Below, one piece after another: positions 1-13,299 of a stretch of 64,000 nucleotides of DNA. The notes beneath the pieces are model-generated. The model was given only the letters and a program-made list of their open reading frames with translations. It had not been told where the DNA came from and made no database searches. The translations under genes and the position numbers were made by a program. How positions within the stretch are numbered: position 1 is the stretch's first letter; each line of letters starts with the position of its first letter. The DNA is from Azolla caroliniana (taxonomy: Eukaryota; Plantae; Polypodiophyta), in NCBI GenBank assembly GCA_043228905.1, contig JBHGNT010000014.1, positions 7,874,001 to 7,938,000 on the forward strand, read 5' to 3'.

Positions 1-630
1 ATTGTCGAATCAACCCTAATGGTCGTACTAGACTTGTGTTCGCCATTCTCAGCCAAAAGGGACACACTTCCTACTCAATAATTCCAAGGCGGTCACATGT
101 GATTTTCCTTATCATGTTGACCCCCAACCCACCATCGATGATGCTATTCAATACCTCTTGACCGCGTATGATTACTTTTACTGAAGGATTATTCTCGTCC
201 ATGATTGTCGGCCCATTAATCTAATTAATAAAATTCACTGTAACCGGTTCCTACTACTTTATGATTATTGTTGTTACTGTTTCGGTAAATCTCAGAACTA
301 ATTTTAATAATCCTGCCAAGGGTAGTGTGATCTGACAATCCGCCAAGACTTGCCATGTTGCATCTTCTGTTGGTGGTTGCATTGCTACGTCTGGTCTGAT
401 TTCCAAATTGACTTGTTTGTTAGTTACTTCTTTACTTTCCTGAATCATTTTGTCGACATTTCTCTTATTGGCTCTTTTGACCCATTCTTTAGCAACTTTT
501 CGAATTGCTTCTTGTGATTCCCATTCTGACTGTTTGGTTTTACTCCGAGTTGTTACTTTGTACCTCCATTGTAACCATATTGACTGTTGGAGCTTTGCCT
601 TTTTCCTGGGTCGGACATATTGATGTGCGA
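1..630 (-). mobile_element. Degenerate Ty3/gypsy gag-protease fragment
   Basis: Minus strand near 110-155 reads VLNSIIDGGLGVNM (retroviral-type aspartic protease motif). Broken frames. Boundaries approximate. Confidence 0.55.
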
Positions 631-1655
631 TATCACTTCATTTGAGAAGTGCTTAAGGATGGCCTTATGACATTGATAAAGACCCACACATCACAGAACC
701 TTGTAGATGTACTCACCAAGTGCTTACCCAAAGCACACCATTAGATATTTATACAGATGGTGGGAGTTACATAGCTTGAAAGCGTCATTTATGCCTTTAA
801 GTGGGAGGTTGTTGGGGTAAAGGCCCTAAATGACACCCTAATAGTGTGTACATGTGTATAGGCCTATTTATAAAGGCCAAAAGTCACTTGTCACTTTTTT
901 GTTATTTTTGGGCCAAGTTTAGTGTGAACTTGGCCAAACCTAAATGGGTCTTATGAAACATAAGTTAAGAAATTTTGGATCTCACTACAATAGGTGAGCT
1001 CCTCCTACTCTCTCTGTATTTTTTCAGCCATTGCTCTACTCCAGAGTGTTCCTCAACCCTCTTGACATCATTTCTGACCCATCATAGCACAAGGCAGCTA
1101 GATGATGATGGATTTCCCATTACTTTTGTTGATGGGAAATGGAAGATCTGTAATGGATCTAGAGGTATTGCGAGGGGTTGTAAAAGTGATAATTTGTATT
1201 CCGTCCATGTATCTAGTGTGAGTGACCATGTTGCCGTAACCGATCAGCCAAGTGTTTCTTTGTGGCATGGCCTGTTGACAGAGTCAAGCTGGAATATGAT
1301 GGTTTCTCGTTTGGGTTTCTGCATTGTCTTTATGCTGATTTTGATAATTGTCATCATTTTCATCATTGTGTCTATGGTAAACATGCTTAGATGTTTCATA
1401 GAAGGTGTCTTTGGCTAAAATCTTCTCATCTAGAGTTAAAACATTCAGATGTATATCAGGTGACAGAATTATCTTTAGGGGGAAAGAAATATTTTCGTCA
1501 CTTTCATCAATGATGCTACACCAAAGGTATGGGTTTACCCGATCCGTAGCAAGGACAAAGTGCTGGACTAGTTTATTGAGAATCAGATTGTTAAGGCACT
1601 CAAGTGTTCACTTTGACAATGGTGGGGAATATGTGTCTAGGGCCTTTCAGCTATA
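630..1655 (+). mobile_element. Rearranged Ty1/copia remnants (RNase H end, PPT, partial LTR from ~809, then GAG-pre-integrase/integrase pieces)
   Basis: RNase H C-terminal-like sequence (..LVDVLTK..) followed by gtgggagg and TGTTGGGGTAAAGGCCC, which resembles the LTR start of the intronic copia. Downstream peptides SLWHG and DNGGEYVS. Confidence 0.65.
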
Positions 1656-2657
1656 GGGACAGCGAAGTGATTAAGTTATGTGGAGAATAGGATCTGCCAA
1701 ACCAAACGACACTAGAGTCACAATGGAAGCAACAACAATCATATTGTGACAGAGCCCCAAAGTGTGATTATAACAGGATACAATAAGATTCAATCAACCT
1801 CACATGCTCCTATGCAAGCAGATATGGATACAATACAATGACTTGAAGTTTTCAACAACCTTAATTCTCTTCTTGAAGGTTGCTTTATCCATAAGGATAA
1901 TAACCCTATAGGTACCTAAACTAATTCATTAAGCTCTCAAGCATCTCTCCATTGACCATGGTGAATGGTCTAGTGTTGCTTGTTCATACCAACAATCATC
2001 TCATAGCCATGAGGAGATGTGACGTTTTTAGTCTTTATTAAATCATGAATAATATTTGGATGATACAACTTGCGAGAGTTAATAGATTTATGCTGAGGAT
2101 CTTAGAATTCAATGCTTAACCAGGACACATGGCATGGAGACCAACCTTTATGAACTTATGAAACAAGAGAAAGTAGATGAAAGGAAAAGTATTCAGTATC
2201 ATAAATGGTTAAAACCAACAATCCATAAAGTTTACTTACCTTGTATACCTATAGAATTGTAAGTAAATATGGCAATTGTATACCATAAATATGAAACGTT
2301 GTAAGTATATATGTGTATCGCTAAGTATACATTGTAATACACTGTAACATCATAGATTTTGTTAAATTGTTTCTTGCTTCTCTGAAAAGCTTTCTTCATC
2401 ACTCTTTTTTTGTATGGCCTTGAAAAAATGTTTGGAGGCGTTTAGGCATGGATTTTCATTATGATCAATGTTGTATTTGGTCTTTGTTATGTGTTAGTTA
2501 GGAATCTTTGCCACATTTATTACAAAAGACTTTTCACAAGCAAAAAACTTTAAATGCTAGTACATTCATGGCAATGCATTTAATTTTGGAAGTTCAATTA
2601 TCTTAAAACAAGCACAAACTGACGCCCTTCTTATAGAATAAAGTGATGTTCTTACAG

Positions 2658-5600
2658 AGGACCAATTTACAATTGACAATACATGGATTAACTCCAAAAC
2701 TAGCAGAAGATATTTCCATGCAACAGGTATGTCTTTATGGATTCATTCATTATGCAAAGTTGTTTGACAAACATTATGAAGCTTTGATATCATTTGCAGG
2801 CACGCAACAGATGAGGAGTAAAGACTATTATGAGATTCTTGGTGTTAATTGTAATGCCACTCAATCAGATATTAAAAAGGCTTACTATGCTGTGAGGATC
2901 TATTTTCATTTTTGTATAATTTTATATTTTTATGATAGGATTATCTTGCTAAAGTATGTGTTTTACATGTTTTCATGCAAAACCAACTGATATATTTTCC
3001 AATATTTTTGTAGTTGGCTAAAAAGCATCATCCAGACTTGAATAAAGATAATCCTAACGCAGAAAAGAAATTTCAAGAGATTCAAAAAGCTTATGAGGCA
3101 AGTGGTTTTTTAGTAATTGTCAATTAGAGCATGGGTTGTGTTGGACATATATTAAATTATCAAACCTTCAAATTGAAGTTTGATATATCATGTATGTTCT
3201 TCAGTACTAAGAATGTGATTGATAACATTTTTTTGTGCAGGTCTTGAAAGATGAAGAGAAAAGGTCTTTGTATGATGAGGTGTGTGCTATGCATTTTTAC
3301 TATTCATCGTTTGCTTTAAATAACTTTTAATAAACTGTGTATACTAAGAAAGTAATCAAGCATGTCTTTGAAACTTGTATCAACTATTTGTGAATGCGAA
3401 ACATGCAGAGACATTGAAATAAATGCAGTTGGAGCAGCATTTCCCTGAGTCTTACACTTCTCCAAATACATCATTTGCTGCATGATTTCAAGACATGGTA
3501 TATATGCCATTTTGCATTCCAGAATAGGTCGCTGTCCAAAGTGGCTTGACTGCACATCACAGCAGTAGATTGGAATGGTTGAAATTAAAATCTCTGTATG
3601 TTGTTATACATAGTAGGGATATATCACTCTATCAGAGATTTCTGAAATTCACTCTTTCTCCATGGATGTGAGTTCCTTTTTGCAAGAAAGTGCAGGTTGA
3701 GGTTGGCTGATATGATGGTGATGCGCTATCCAAGAAATTGTGTACTCACCTCACCTTCTGGTGATGGTGATGGGATCCCTTTCCAAAAACTGTGCACTCC
3801 CATTCTGGATAACAAACAGAATAATGAAACTAGAACACTGTTAATACCTAAAATTTGACTGAAAAATGTAAACTTGGTTGTGATGCTGAAATGCGTACAA
3901 CTAGGGATCACCAGTGTTCCAATCTCCTACTATGGATGTGATCAATGTGATGTTTGTATGTCCTGGGAGTTTATTCAGATAGATGCTTAGGAATAATCTA
4001 TAATAACAAGGATGAAAGAATTCTGTTTTCACAAAATTTTCTTCTTTACCTTGAGCTTCCGTTCTCTATTGGTAGTAAAGTTTTTGCATTGTCATTTTAT
4101 TTTCTCCAGGTAGGTCCAGAGTCATTTGAGCAAATGAATTCCGGAGGTGGAAATGGATTTGAAAATGCTGGTGGCTTTGGGGGCTTTGGGTCTTTTAGAG
4201 GCTTTAGTGGCTTTGGAGGTTTTGATGAGGTGAGCTTACAGTGCTGATTTTGTTATGTTAAAGTAATAAATTTAGGTATTCATTTGATGCATATTATGCC
4301 AGGGTAAACATGTGATTATGATGAGGCTAGGTCGCTATATCCATCTAGAATATTTGATGGGATTGAGATGTCATATATACAAAAGGGTGCCCATGCCTCT
4401 TAGAGAAAAGATGGCTAGATTGGGCTGTGGATGGGAATGGGTGCGAGGGATGGGCAAGTATCTCATGTGATATCTCATCCATGCAAAAAAACTGAAACTA
4501 TACATGTTAACTCAATAAGAATGAAACATCTAACTGGGTAATCTACATGACTAAAGAATTCTGAGTGATATAATATATAAAATATACTAGTCTAGTTCTG
4601 AAGGAGAATATGTAAATGCTCCATAGTTGGTATCTATGCCTGTAAAACAATGCTGTCAAAGCATCATGTGGAACTGGTTTTTGGAAGGTTATTTGAGAGT
4701 GTCAGCGAGTATGATTGGTTCACAGTAGCACCTCACCCTCTGGCTCAGCCATCAACTTGCTGAATTGAAATATTTTTGTCTTAAATACCTTTATTCATAA
4801 TTAATAAATCTGCAATTATGATGCTCACCAAACAAAATTACCATGCCCACCTTTTAAAATAAGGTATGGAATATAAGTGACATACTTACAGCATCTCAAT
4901 GATTTGTTTTGAATTTAGATTTTTGGAATGATGCGTGATGACAATGTAGATCAGGGCCAGGAAGATGTGAAAGTAAGGACCACAAAATCTCCATATTTCT
5001 AACATGGGTGCAATCTAGATTCTCAATCTGATGATAATTAATGTTCGTCGATAATGTTTGCAGGTTACAGTCCAGCTTGATTTTAGAGAGGCTGTGTATG
5101 GATGCACAAAGAAAATTTCTTTCCAAGCACCGACACGGTGTGATGCTTGCAGTATGCAGAGATTTTACCTTTTTTTTGGCCTTTCTCATCTTTAGTTTGT
5201 TTATAATCAATGGAAGTATGTGAGCTTTTGTTTCTGCAGAGGGTAAGGGTATACCTCCTGGAGTGAAACCTCGGGTGTGTAAGACCTGCAATGGATCTGG
5301 GACGGTGTGTATGGGTTTAGTAAATTATGATAATTGTCATTCAGCATAGATATCCTACTGACTGGCTACAAATTATTTCTTCAGACTTTCACTAGGACAC
5401 AGCCTGGGTTTATGTTTCAATCCACATGTAGGATATGTGGTGGTGATGGGCAGGTTGTGAAGGTAAGACAAATTTCAAATAACTCAGGTTGCATCACCTT
5501 ATGAAGATCTGTAACTGTTGAGATTTTGTAAACAGCATAAGTTTTGGCATACAGGAGAAATGTGAAAAATGTAAAGGGAAAGGCTCTGTTAAAGTTACGA

Positions 5601-8600
5601 AGACAGTATCTGTTGACATACCTCCAGGTGAGATAACTTTCGTGTCTCTATACATTCATTCCTTGCTTCTATGCTGTTGGCTTTGAAGAGAAGAGAAAAA
5701 TAAACAAGAAATGCATACTGTAGGTTTTCCTATTAGATGTGAAAAGGTGACAGTGAGCTTAGTATCTTGAGATGAGATATGGTATTTAGAATAATAATGT
5801 TTGAATGTGGACACAATGAACATGAAGAATCTTCATGTGCATAAGGCACAACTTAGAGTTCATGCCAGTGATTGTTCTCTTCCATTTCATATAAATTATA
5901 CATGTATTCTAATCTCACTTTTTTTATTGTATTCTTTAGTTCAAAGGAAAGACATTGTCTAATTCTTAATTGTAGGTTGATCAGAAAATTAGTTGCTTGT
6001 TTAGATATGTCATGATTATTATATAGTTAAGAAAATGTGGTTCACTCATTTTCTATGTTTCTGGAGGATAGCTCTTGTTAATTGTGGGGTATGCTATGGT
6101 ATATTTGATCGCATGTTGAAAGGTGCTAATGAATATCGTTGTTATATACAATCAATTTTGTTTAGATTATCTGTTTTCAAATTCTAGGTGTTGATTCCAG
6201 CTCCACAATATGTATGCGTGGAGAAGCTGGTTGGGCAGCTCAATCTAATCAACGAGGAGATGTTCTTGTGTCAATAAAGGTTTTCAAAATAAAAAATTAT
6301 TGCAAAATTTTGAAGTTCCAACTGAAATTATTGACAAAACCAAGATTATTTGCAATTTTTCTCATTGCATATATCTATCTATCTATATATACATGGGAAC
6401 ATAAGACCAATTTAGAATGCATTTGTTTCTTCAGGTTTCACCTGATCCAGTGTTTATGAGGGACAAAGCCAATGTACATATTAATGCAACAATTAGTTAC
6501 ACCAAGGTAAAATGTGAAGTTTTTTTCTCTTACAATATAATAGTGCAAGTCAATGTGTCATTGCTGAGATTAACCTGAGAAATGTTTCTATCGAGTCATA
6601 TGTCTAGTCATGGCATCTTGTGGCATAGTAGCAGATTACATTTAAGTATACATTAAAGGTATAGAGAGATGTTTGAGGGAGCAGCTATTGAGGGATGATG
6701 TTCAGCAAACAGGACTGTAGTAGAGATGAGAGTAGAGACACAAATTTTTGGTGTACCCAACCGCCTTGATTGGTACACGAGAAAAAAGTTTATTATATTA
6801 GTTAGCCCTAAAAAAGCCCTAAAAAAGGTGTGCTCACATTACAAAAGGAGGTGTCCTGTCCAGGTGAACAATGTGTTCACATGTACGAATAATTACCTAA
6901 ATTTGTGAACTACGGCCTTTACACCTAACAACCTAACATCACAATATCCCTGCAAACTTAATGCACCATTCCCATAGCATAAACAACTGTGTACCTTTAA
7001 GATACCGGAAAACACACATGCCAGCCTCCCAATGTGCTTTGCTGGGATTAGACATATAGCGACTGACAACTCCCACTGCATAAGCAATATCTGGATGAGT
7101 AGCTACCATAGCATGCATTAGAGAACCACATGCTGATGCATAAGGAATTCCCTTCATAGCATTGACTTCCATCTCATCCTTCGGACAATCAGCCTTGCTA
7201 AGTTTAAGATATGAAGGCAAAGGAACTCTGCTGTATTAGATCTGTTAAACACTTTTTCAATGTACTTTTTTTGTGACAAAAACAACAATTTGTCCTTTCT
7301 GTTTCTACTGATTCTCATGCCCAAAATATGTTCTGCATTTCCCAAATTTTTCATAGAGAAGACTGATTTCAGTTGATCTTTTAGAGCATCAAGACTAGTC
7401 TTTCTTTTCCCAGGTAGGAACATACCATCCACATATAGAACAAGTATGATGGGATTGTCATTGATATCCTTTCTCGTGTATAAACAATGATCTGCATAGC
7501 TACGATCAAAGCCTTGAAAAAGCATAAAAGTATCAAACTTCTTATACCACTGTCATGGTGCCTGTTTTAGGCCATACACGCTATGTTTTAGTTTGCATAC
7601 CAAATGCTCCTTGTTTCTGGCTGTTACAAACCATGTCTAGCATGTTCAACACCTATGTTTTGTTGTTCAGTACCTTCATCTCGTTGTCCAACACCTTCAT
7701 GAGCATCACTTTGCTGTACAACTTCTTCTGGCTCAAGGATAACCAGTCGATCATCAGATTCAACCTTTGGTATAGCTTCATGAGGTTTATTTTCGGATTT
7801 TGTGGATGGTTGTAATTGCTGAAATGTAACGCTCTTAGATTTCCCAACAGAGGAACAAGCATTTTTCAGCTTTTTCTTCATTAAATTTTTCTTGACTGAG
7901 GTAACCAAATCCTATAGCCCATTTCACCTTCATCACCATAGCCCATAAAAATGCCTGTGGTGGACTTAGCATCGAGCTTGTTTCTCAGCTCACTTCTAAT
8001 GTGTGCAAGTGCATCACAACTGAAAATTCGTAAATGGTCACATGAGGCTGATTTGCCAGACCAAACCTCCTCAGGGATTCCATTTTTAAGGACATGTTGG
8101 GAGAACGATTACATATATGAACCGTGGTTTTTAATGCTTCTCCCCAAAATTCATGAGGAAGATTAGCTGTGGACAGCATGCATTGTACTCGCTCACACAA
8201 TGTCCTATTATACCTTTCTGCCACCCCATTTGACAAAGGGTTATATATGGAGCTGTAAGCTCTCTTTTAATACCATGTAAGTCACAAAAGGACTTAAATT
8301 TTGCAAATGTAAACTCACCCCCATTATTTGTTCTAAGACATTTCAGCTTTGTCCCTTTTTGGGTAGTCACAAATGCATTAAAAGATTTAAATGCATGAAA
8401 TGCATCACCTTTCTTTTTTTCATCAAGTACACCCAAAGCTTCCTAGAATAATCATCGATAAAGGAAATAAAATATGCAGCATCGCCCAAAGATTTTACAG
8501 ACATGTTACATACATCAGAATGCACCAAATCTAGCACATTTGGTTTACGAGAGACACCAGAAGAATAATAAGAATTTCTCACTTGTTTGCCTAATAGACA

Positions 8601-10830
8601 ATCATTACAAAAAACCACCTTTGATCCTTTAACGGCAAGTCTTTTTAGAGCAGAAAGGACTTCAAGTCCTTTTTGTTGCATATGTCCTATTCTCTTATGC
8701 CAAAGCTCTAAACGAGAGTCAAATTCAGCAATAGCAAGAAACCTTCCAGGTAAAGCTTTACATTGCAAACAGTAGAGAGGGCCCTTTTTGCAACCTTTGA
8801 TAATAACCATAGATCCTTAAGTTTCTACAATCCACCACCAAAAAATGTGGTGTAACCATCCATGCAAATCCATGTGTCCTACAGATAGCAAATTTTTCTT
8901 AATGCTAGGTACATACCTGACATCTTTGAGCACAAGCTCTTGACCATTATCCAAAGACAAGTGTATGGTACCAATACCATCAATATTGCAAGCATTATTT
9001 GTTACCAAGATAAAATTTTCCATAACAGCCTGCATCAAATGTGGTAAAGCACTCCAAACATGGATTAACATGAAAAGAAGTCCCAGACCAGAGTCTACTA
9101 TCCATGTCTGTGTCAATCCATCATTGATTGGCAATAAAGCATCAATAACATCTGTTTTGGTGATTTGCATATGTTGGACATGGCCTATGAAGGCATCACC
9201 TGATAACATTTGAATCCATATTAGCTTTCTCTGTTTTATTTTAAACTTATCATCTTTGTTTTTCTTCTCTCCTACATTCTTCTTCCTTTCTAGTTCCATC
9301 TTCAAATATCTACAATCAGGTTTCTTATGATCTTTACGGCCACATGGATAGCATGTGATATCTTGTTGCTTTCCTTCCCCTCTACTCTTACCTCTATTTC
9401 TTTGTCCTACATTTGGGTTCCTGTTATCATATCTCCCCCTAATATTGTATGCTGAACCACAACCTTCTCTACGAGATTTTCTTTTGATCTCTTCATTGAG
9501 AATAGAGGTCCTCACACCATTGAAGGTCAAGTTGGGGCTATTAGACAGTGAAACAACTAATGTTTCCCAAGATCGGGTAAAGTCAAAGTAAGAAGATAGC
9601 TTTGACCTTGTCATCAAAAGCTGGTAATCCTGATTCTTGTAGTTGGGAGAGAGTACCTGTGAATAATGATAGATGCTCTGCTGCACCTTCCGACTCATCA
9701 AGCCTCATATTGACAAGTTTTCTCATCAAATGCCCCTGATTCACAGGAGTAGTATTGTCGTAAGTTGTCTTAAGTTTCTCCCAGGCTTGTCGAGCAGTAA
9801 TCAAGCCCTTTATATCTACAGGAATCTCATTAAAAACAACCCTTTTAATATATGTAATGGCTTTCTTATTCAGAGTGTTCCAAACATCATTTTCCATGCT
9901 CTTTGGTTTCTTTTCCACGAGAACATCTTCACAATCTCTCAGAAAGAGGATGCCCAGCATATGCTCTGTACGAATAATTTGTTCAAATGTACGAATAATT
10001 ACCTAAATTTGTGAACTATGGGCCTTTACACCTAACATAATGGTTGGACTGCAGCCTCTCTCTGCGATATAAACCGTTTAGTTGGAATGCATGCGGATGT
10101 TCGCATATATTTTGATTAGCTAAAATGTGAACTTGAATGCAAAAGTGGTCCAGGTGCTAAACAAATAGTTATATTACCAAATAGGTAACATTGTTCTTAA
10201 AACTCTTTGTTAAAAATGTCCTGTTTCAGGCCATATTGGGAGGAGATATTAAAATACCTTCATTGACAGGAGAGATTATATTAAAGGTGAGAGCTACATA
10301 CAGTTCTGCAATCTTAGATTTTCTGTAGTGATTTATGGTGATAAAAGAATAATCATTGTTTTTTCATGACAGGTTCGGCCAGGAACACAACATGGAGATA
10401 AGGATATTTTGAAAGGGAAAGGTATGACTTTTAATGTGTATGGTTGCAGTGTTTTGTAGATTGTAAAGATAATGCCATCCTGTGTGATCATTTATAATGT
10501 CTACTCAATCTTGTTTGATTGCACAATGGCATCCAGTTTGATAATTTATTTGTTCTCAGGAATAAAGATCATTAATTCCTATTCATATGGTGATCAATAC
10601 ATACATTTCCGAGTTTCTGTTCCTAAGTGAGTACATTTTCCATAATTATTTTTTGGATGGTGTTATCTTCATGTGGAAGTTCATATGTATTAACACATTT
10701 TATTCCCCTTTTATGCATTAAAAGAGTATTGAGTCCACGGCAACATGCTCTTTTAGATGAATATGTGAAGGAGGAAATGAAGAGGACTGGTGAACAGACT
10801 ACTACAGCAGCTGCAGGAGTGGGGCTGTGA
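2658..10830 (+). CDS. Type I DnaJ/Hsp40 co-chaperone, GFA2-like (probably mitochondrial); 5' exons not identified
   Basis: Exons read by eye: 2658-2726, 2800-2891, 3014-3097, 3241-3279, 4110-4229, 4919-4972, 5064-5151, 5240-5304, 5385-5462, 5555-5627, 6188-6279, 6435-6506, 10230-10286, 10373-10421, 10560-10626, 10725-10830. They encode RRYFHATG..KDYYEILGV, a J-domain with HPD, a G/F region, four CxxCxGxG repeats and the C-terminal domain. Confidence 0.93.
6556..10037 (-). mobile_element. Degenerate Ty1/copia element in DnaJ intron, antisense to the gene
   Basis: Gag/zinc knuckle (CYPCGRKDHKKPDC), PR (WIVDSG), IN (HSDVC, NNGGEF, GVAER) and RT (LVLYVDG, PYASACGSLM) pieces. LTR start TGTTAGGTGTAAAGGCC at 10037 and 6929. 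Probable TSD CAATG (6551-55)/TAATG (10038-42). Left boundary less certain; internal deletions. Confidence 0.85.
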
Positions 10831-12912
10831 AATCTTAAAAAGTACGACGTGATATAATAATGTTTCTGTTTTTCTTTATTCAATTAAATGATGGATGTGA
10901 AGAAGGGCCTTTCCCATGGGCTCAAGTTTTGCATTCATAGTTACACTGATTTTGTGATGGCATTACAGAGAACTTGTTTATCTTTGAAGGAAAATGTTAA
11001 ACTGATTTTGTGGTGCCATTACAGAGAACAGTAAAAATGATTGTCTGTAAAGTGGGAAGGAAAAATTGGTTGGACACATTGAGGGATAAGGCCTATTCTT
11101 TAAATGCAAAGCTTAATTAATCTGCTGATATATTCCTCATTGTCTGCTATGAGGGTTTTTTTTCCAGAAGATTGTAAAAGAATTTGCTGATCTATTGGAG
11201 AATGTTACTTGGATTAATCTATATTTTGACAGTACTCAAGTGTCTTATTTTTCATGTCCAATGCGCTTTGATCTACTCTTGTTCAGTAAAATATAATTTA
11301 CAGACATTCCACATCTACTGTATGGAACAATGAAATCAAGTTCTAGACCAGGTGTTTTTACCACAATGCACGACATTATCGGGCCATCATCTCATTACTG
11401 GTGTTTCATTGCGTCTACAGTATTGCATCTTTGGTACCTTTATAAGATGGGGCTTACTCTCTTGGAAAACTGGATCATATTTCAGCAAGCCAACATGGAT
11501 ATAGTCCAAGAAAGGCTTGGTAAGATATGATTGAAACTATAATGTATTAATATGGTCTAGTGTGTCTTGTTATGTGCTTTAATTGAGCTTTTACTATGAA
11601 ATTCAATTCAAAACCGAATGATTATATGATGTTTTAAATGGGATTGTTCATGTGATATTCTTATGCAAGTGACAAATGGTGTGGCAAGATAGGATTGAAT
11701 TTTTTTTGGTATATAAGTATGGTTGGGCATGTCTTGTGTAGGCTCTGTTGGAAATGACTATGACCTTGAACTGAGTCGAATGAAGAATGTATGATCACAA
11801 TGCAACTGAGATTGTGTGCCTGTTATATTCTTAGATTACTGATACTTAAAACATGTTATCATTAATATCTTGCTGTGCATGCGATTATATAGTCCTATTA
11901 TAAAATTTGATAAACTTCTGGACGTTTTATAAAGTTGCTCTAACTCTACTCAATGAGCAGTCTAATACCTCACCCAATATATCAGACAACTGAACTCCAT
12001 GGTTTTTTGTTCATCAATGTGTAAAATTGAGTGATTTTATTAAATGTTAATGTTACTATTAATTGTGACCTGCCTTTGTGAAACATTTGCAATAACTCAA
12101 ATCTGCATTGTTGTGGAATGTTATGTGAAGAGGTTTAAAAGCTTTTCATGGCTTGAATTATATTCTTATGTGCATGCTCTCTACTTATGTTGCAAAAAGG
12201 TTTTGTGGCCTTAAATCCCAGGATCTGAAGCCCCCAATAAAATTAGGACCTAAATGCTCCAATGAAATGAATACATTTGGATTAGGTAACTTCATAGCAA
12301 ACATCCCCTATCCCTTGGCTTTGTGTGTAATTATTTTCCAGTCTTGGTAGTTGCTCAAATGTTGTATGCCAACTCACTTATTAGACCACCTAAAGGAACA
12401 TTGTAATTGCACCCTAAGAGACATCATAGGTATAGTTGATTTGAGAATTGTCATTGTGGCTCTTTATGAGTGCATCAAGTATTATAGATTGAATCATTGC
12501 CTTGACAATGTTGAGTTACTCCAGTTGGTGTATACCAGGTTCTACATAATAGGGAGTCAACCAGGAGCATATTGGTTACCTTACCTTAAAGCCTTTGACA
12601 ATCCACACCTAGTGTAGCCACATAATTAATTGTTCTAGTTGTTTACACAATTAATGCTAGTTTGGTATACTACCTACAAATATTCACACTAAAGTGAAGT
12701 GGGAAATAGCTCAAAACAAAATGGAAATGATCCCCATGTTTATTTTCCAAGAAATATATTTTTTACAAGATATATTATGCTTAATATCACATGTATGTTT
12801 CTCTAATATCACATTTAACATCCCTTCTATGTGTTACTTATTAGAAATTACCTCACCCTAATGGTAGTTATGCAACTACGGCCTATGTCTTGGGCTTCAA
12901 TCCCAATTTTCT

Positions 12913-12915
<3 letters not shown>

Positions 12916-12959
<44 letters not shown>
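12916..12959. repeat. (CT)n microsatellite, followed by a low-complexity GTC/GCC-rich tract to ~13260
   Basis: Seen directly. Confidence 0.9.
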
Positions 12960-12961
<2 letters not shown>

Positions 12962-13299
12962 CTGCTGTAACTCAACGACTCTCTCACATTGTTGTAACGG
13001 CTCTTTCTACTGTCTACTGTTGCCACCGTCTATAGCCGCCGTCGTAGTCGTTTCTACTGCCACCGCCGCTGTCTGTCGTTGTCATCGTCGTAGCCGTTGT
13101 CTGTGTGTCGCCGTTGTCATCTGTCTCCGTCGTCTGTTGCCGTCGTCGCTGTCGTCATCTACCGTCGTCGTTTGCCACTATTGTCTTTTGCCACCACCAT
13201 TGTTTGGTTTGTGCCATAGTTGCCATTGTTGACCATCGCTGTCACCTACACCTCTAACAAAGTCGTCCGTTGAGTAGACGAGAGAGTATAAATGTGCTT

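Noticed and set aside
1675-2220. Possible solo LTR
   Set aside because: TG..CA candidates exist but no matching TSD or second copy in the window.
12831-13232. 133-aa Cys/Ser/Val-rich ORF (similarly 29495-29718 and 50299-50965)
   Set aside because: Translations of microsatellite, low-complexity or tandem-repeat DNA.
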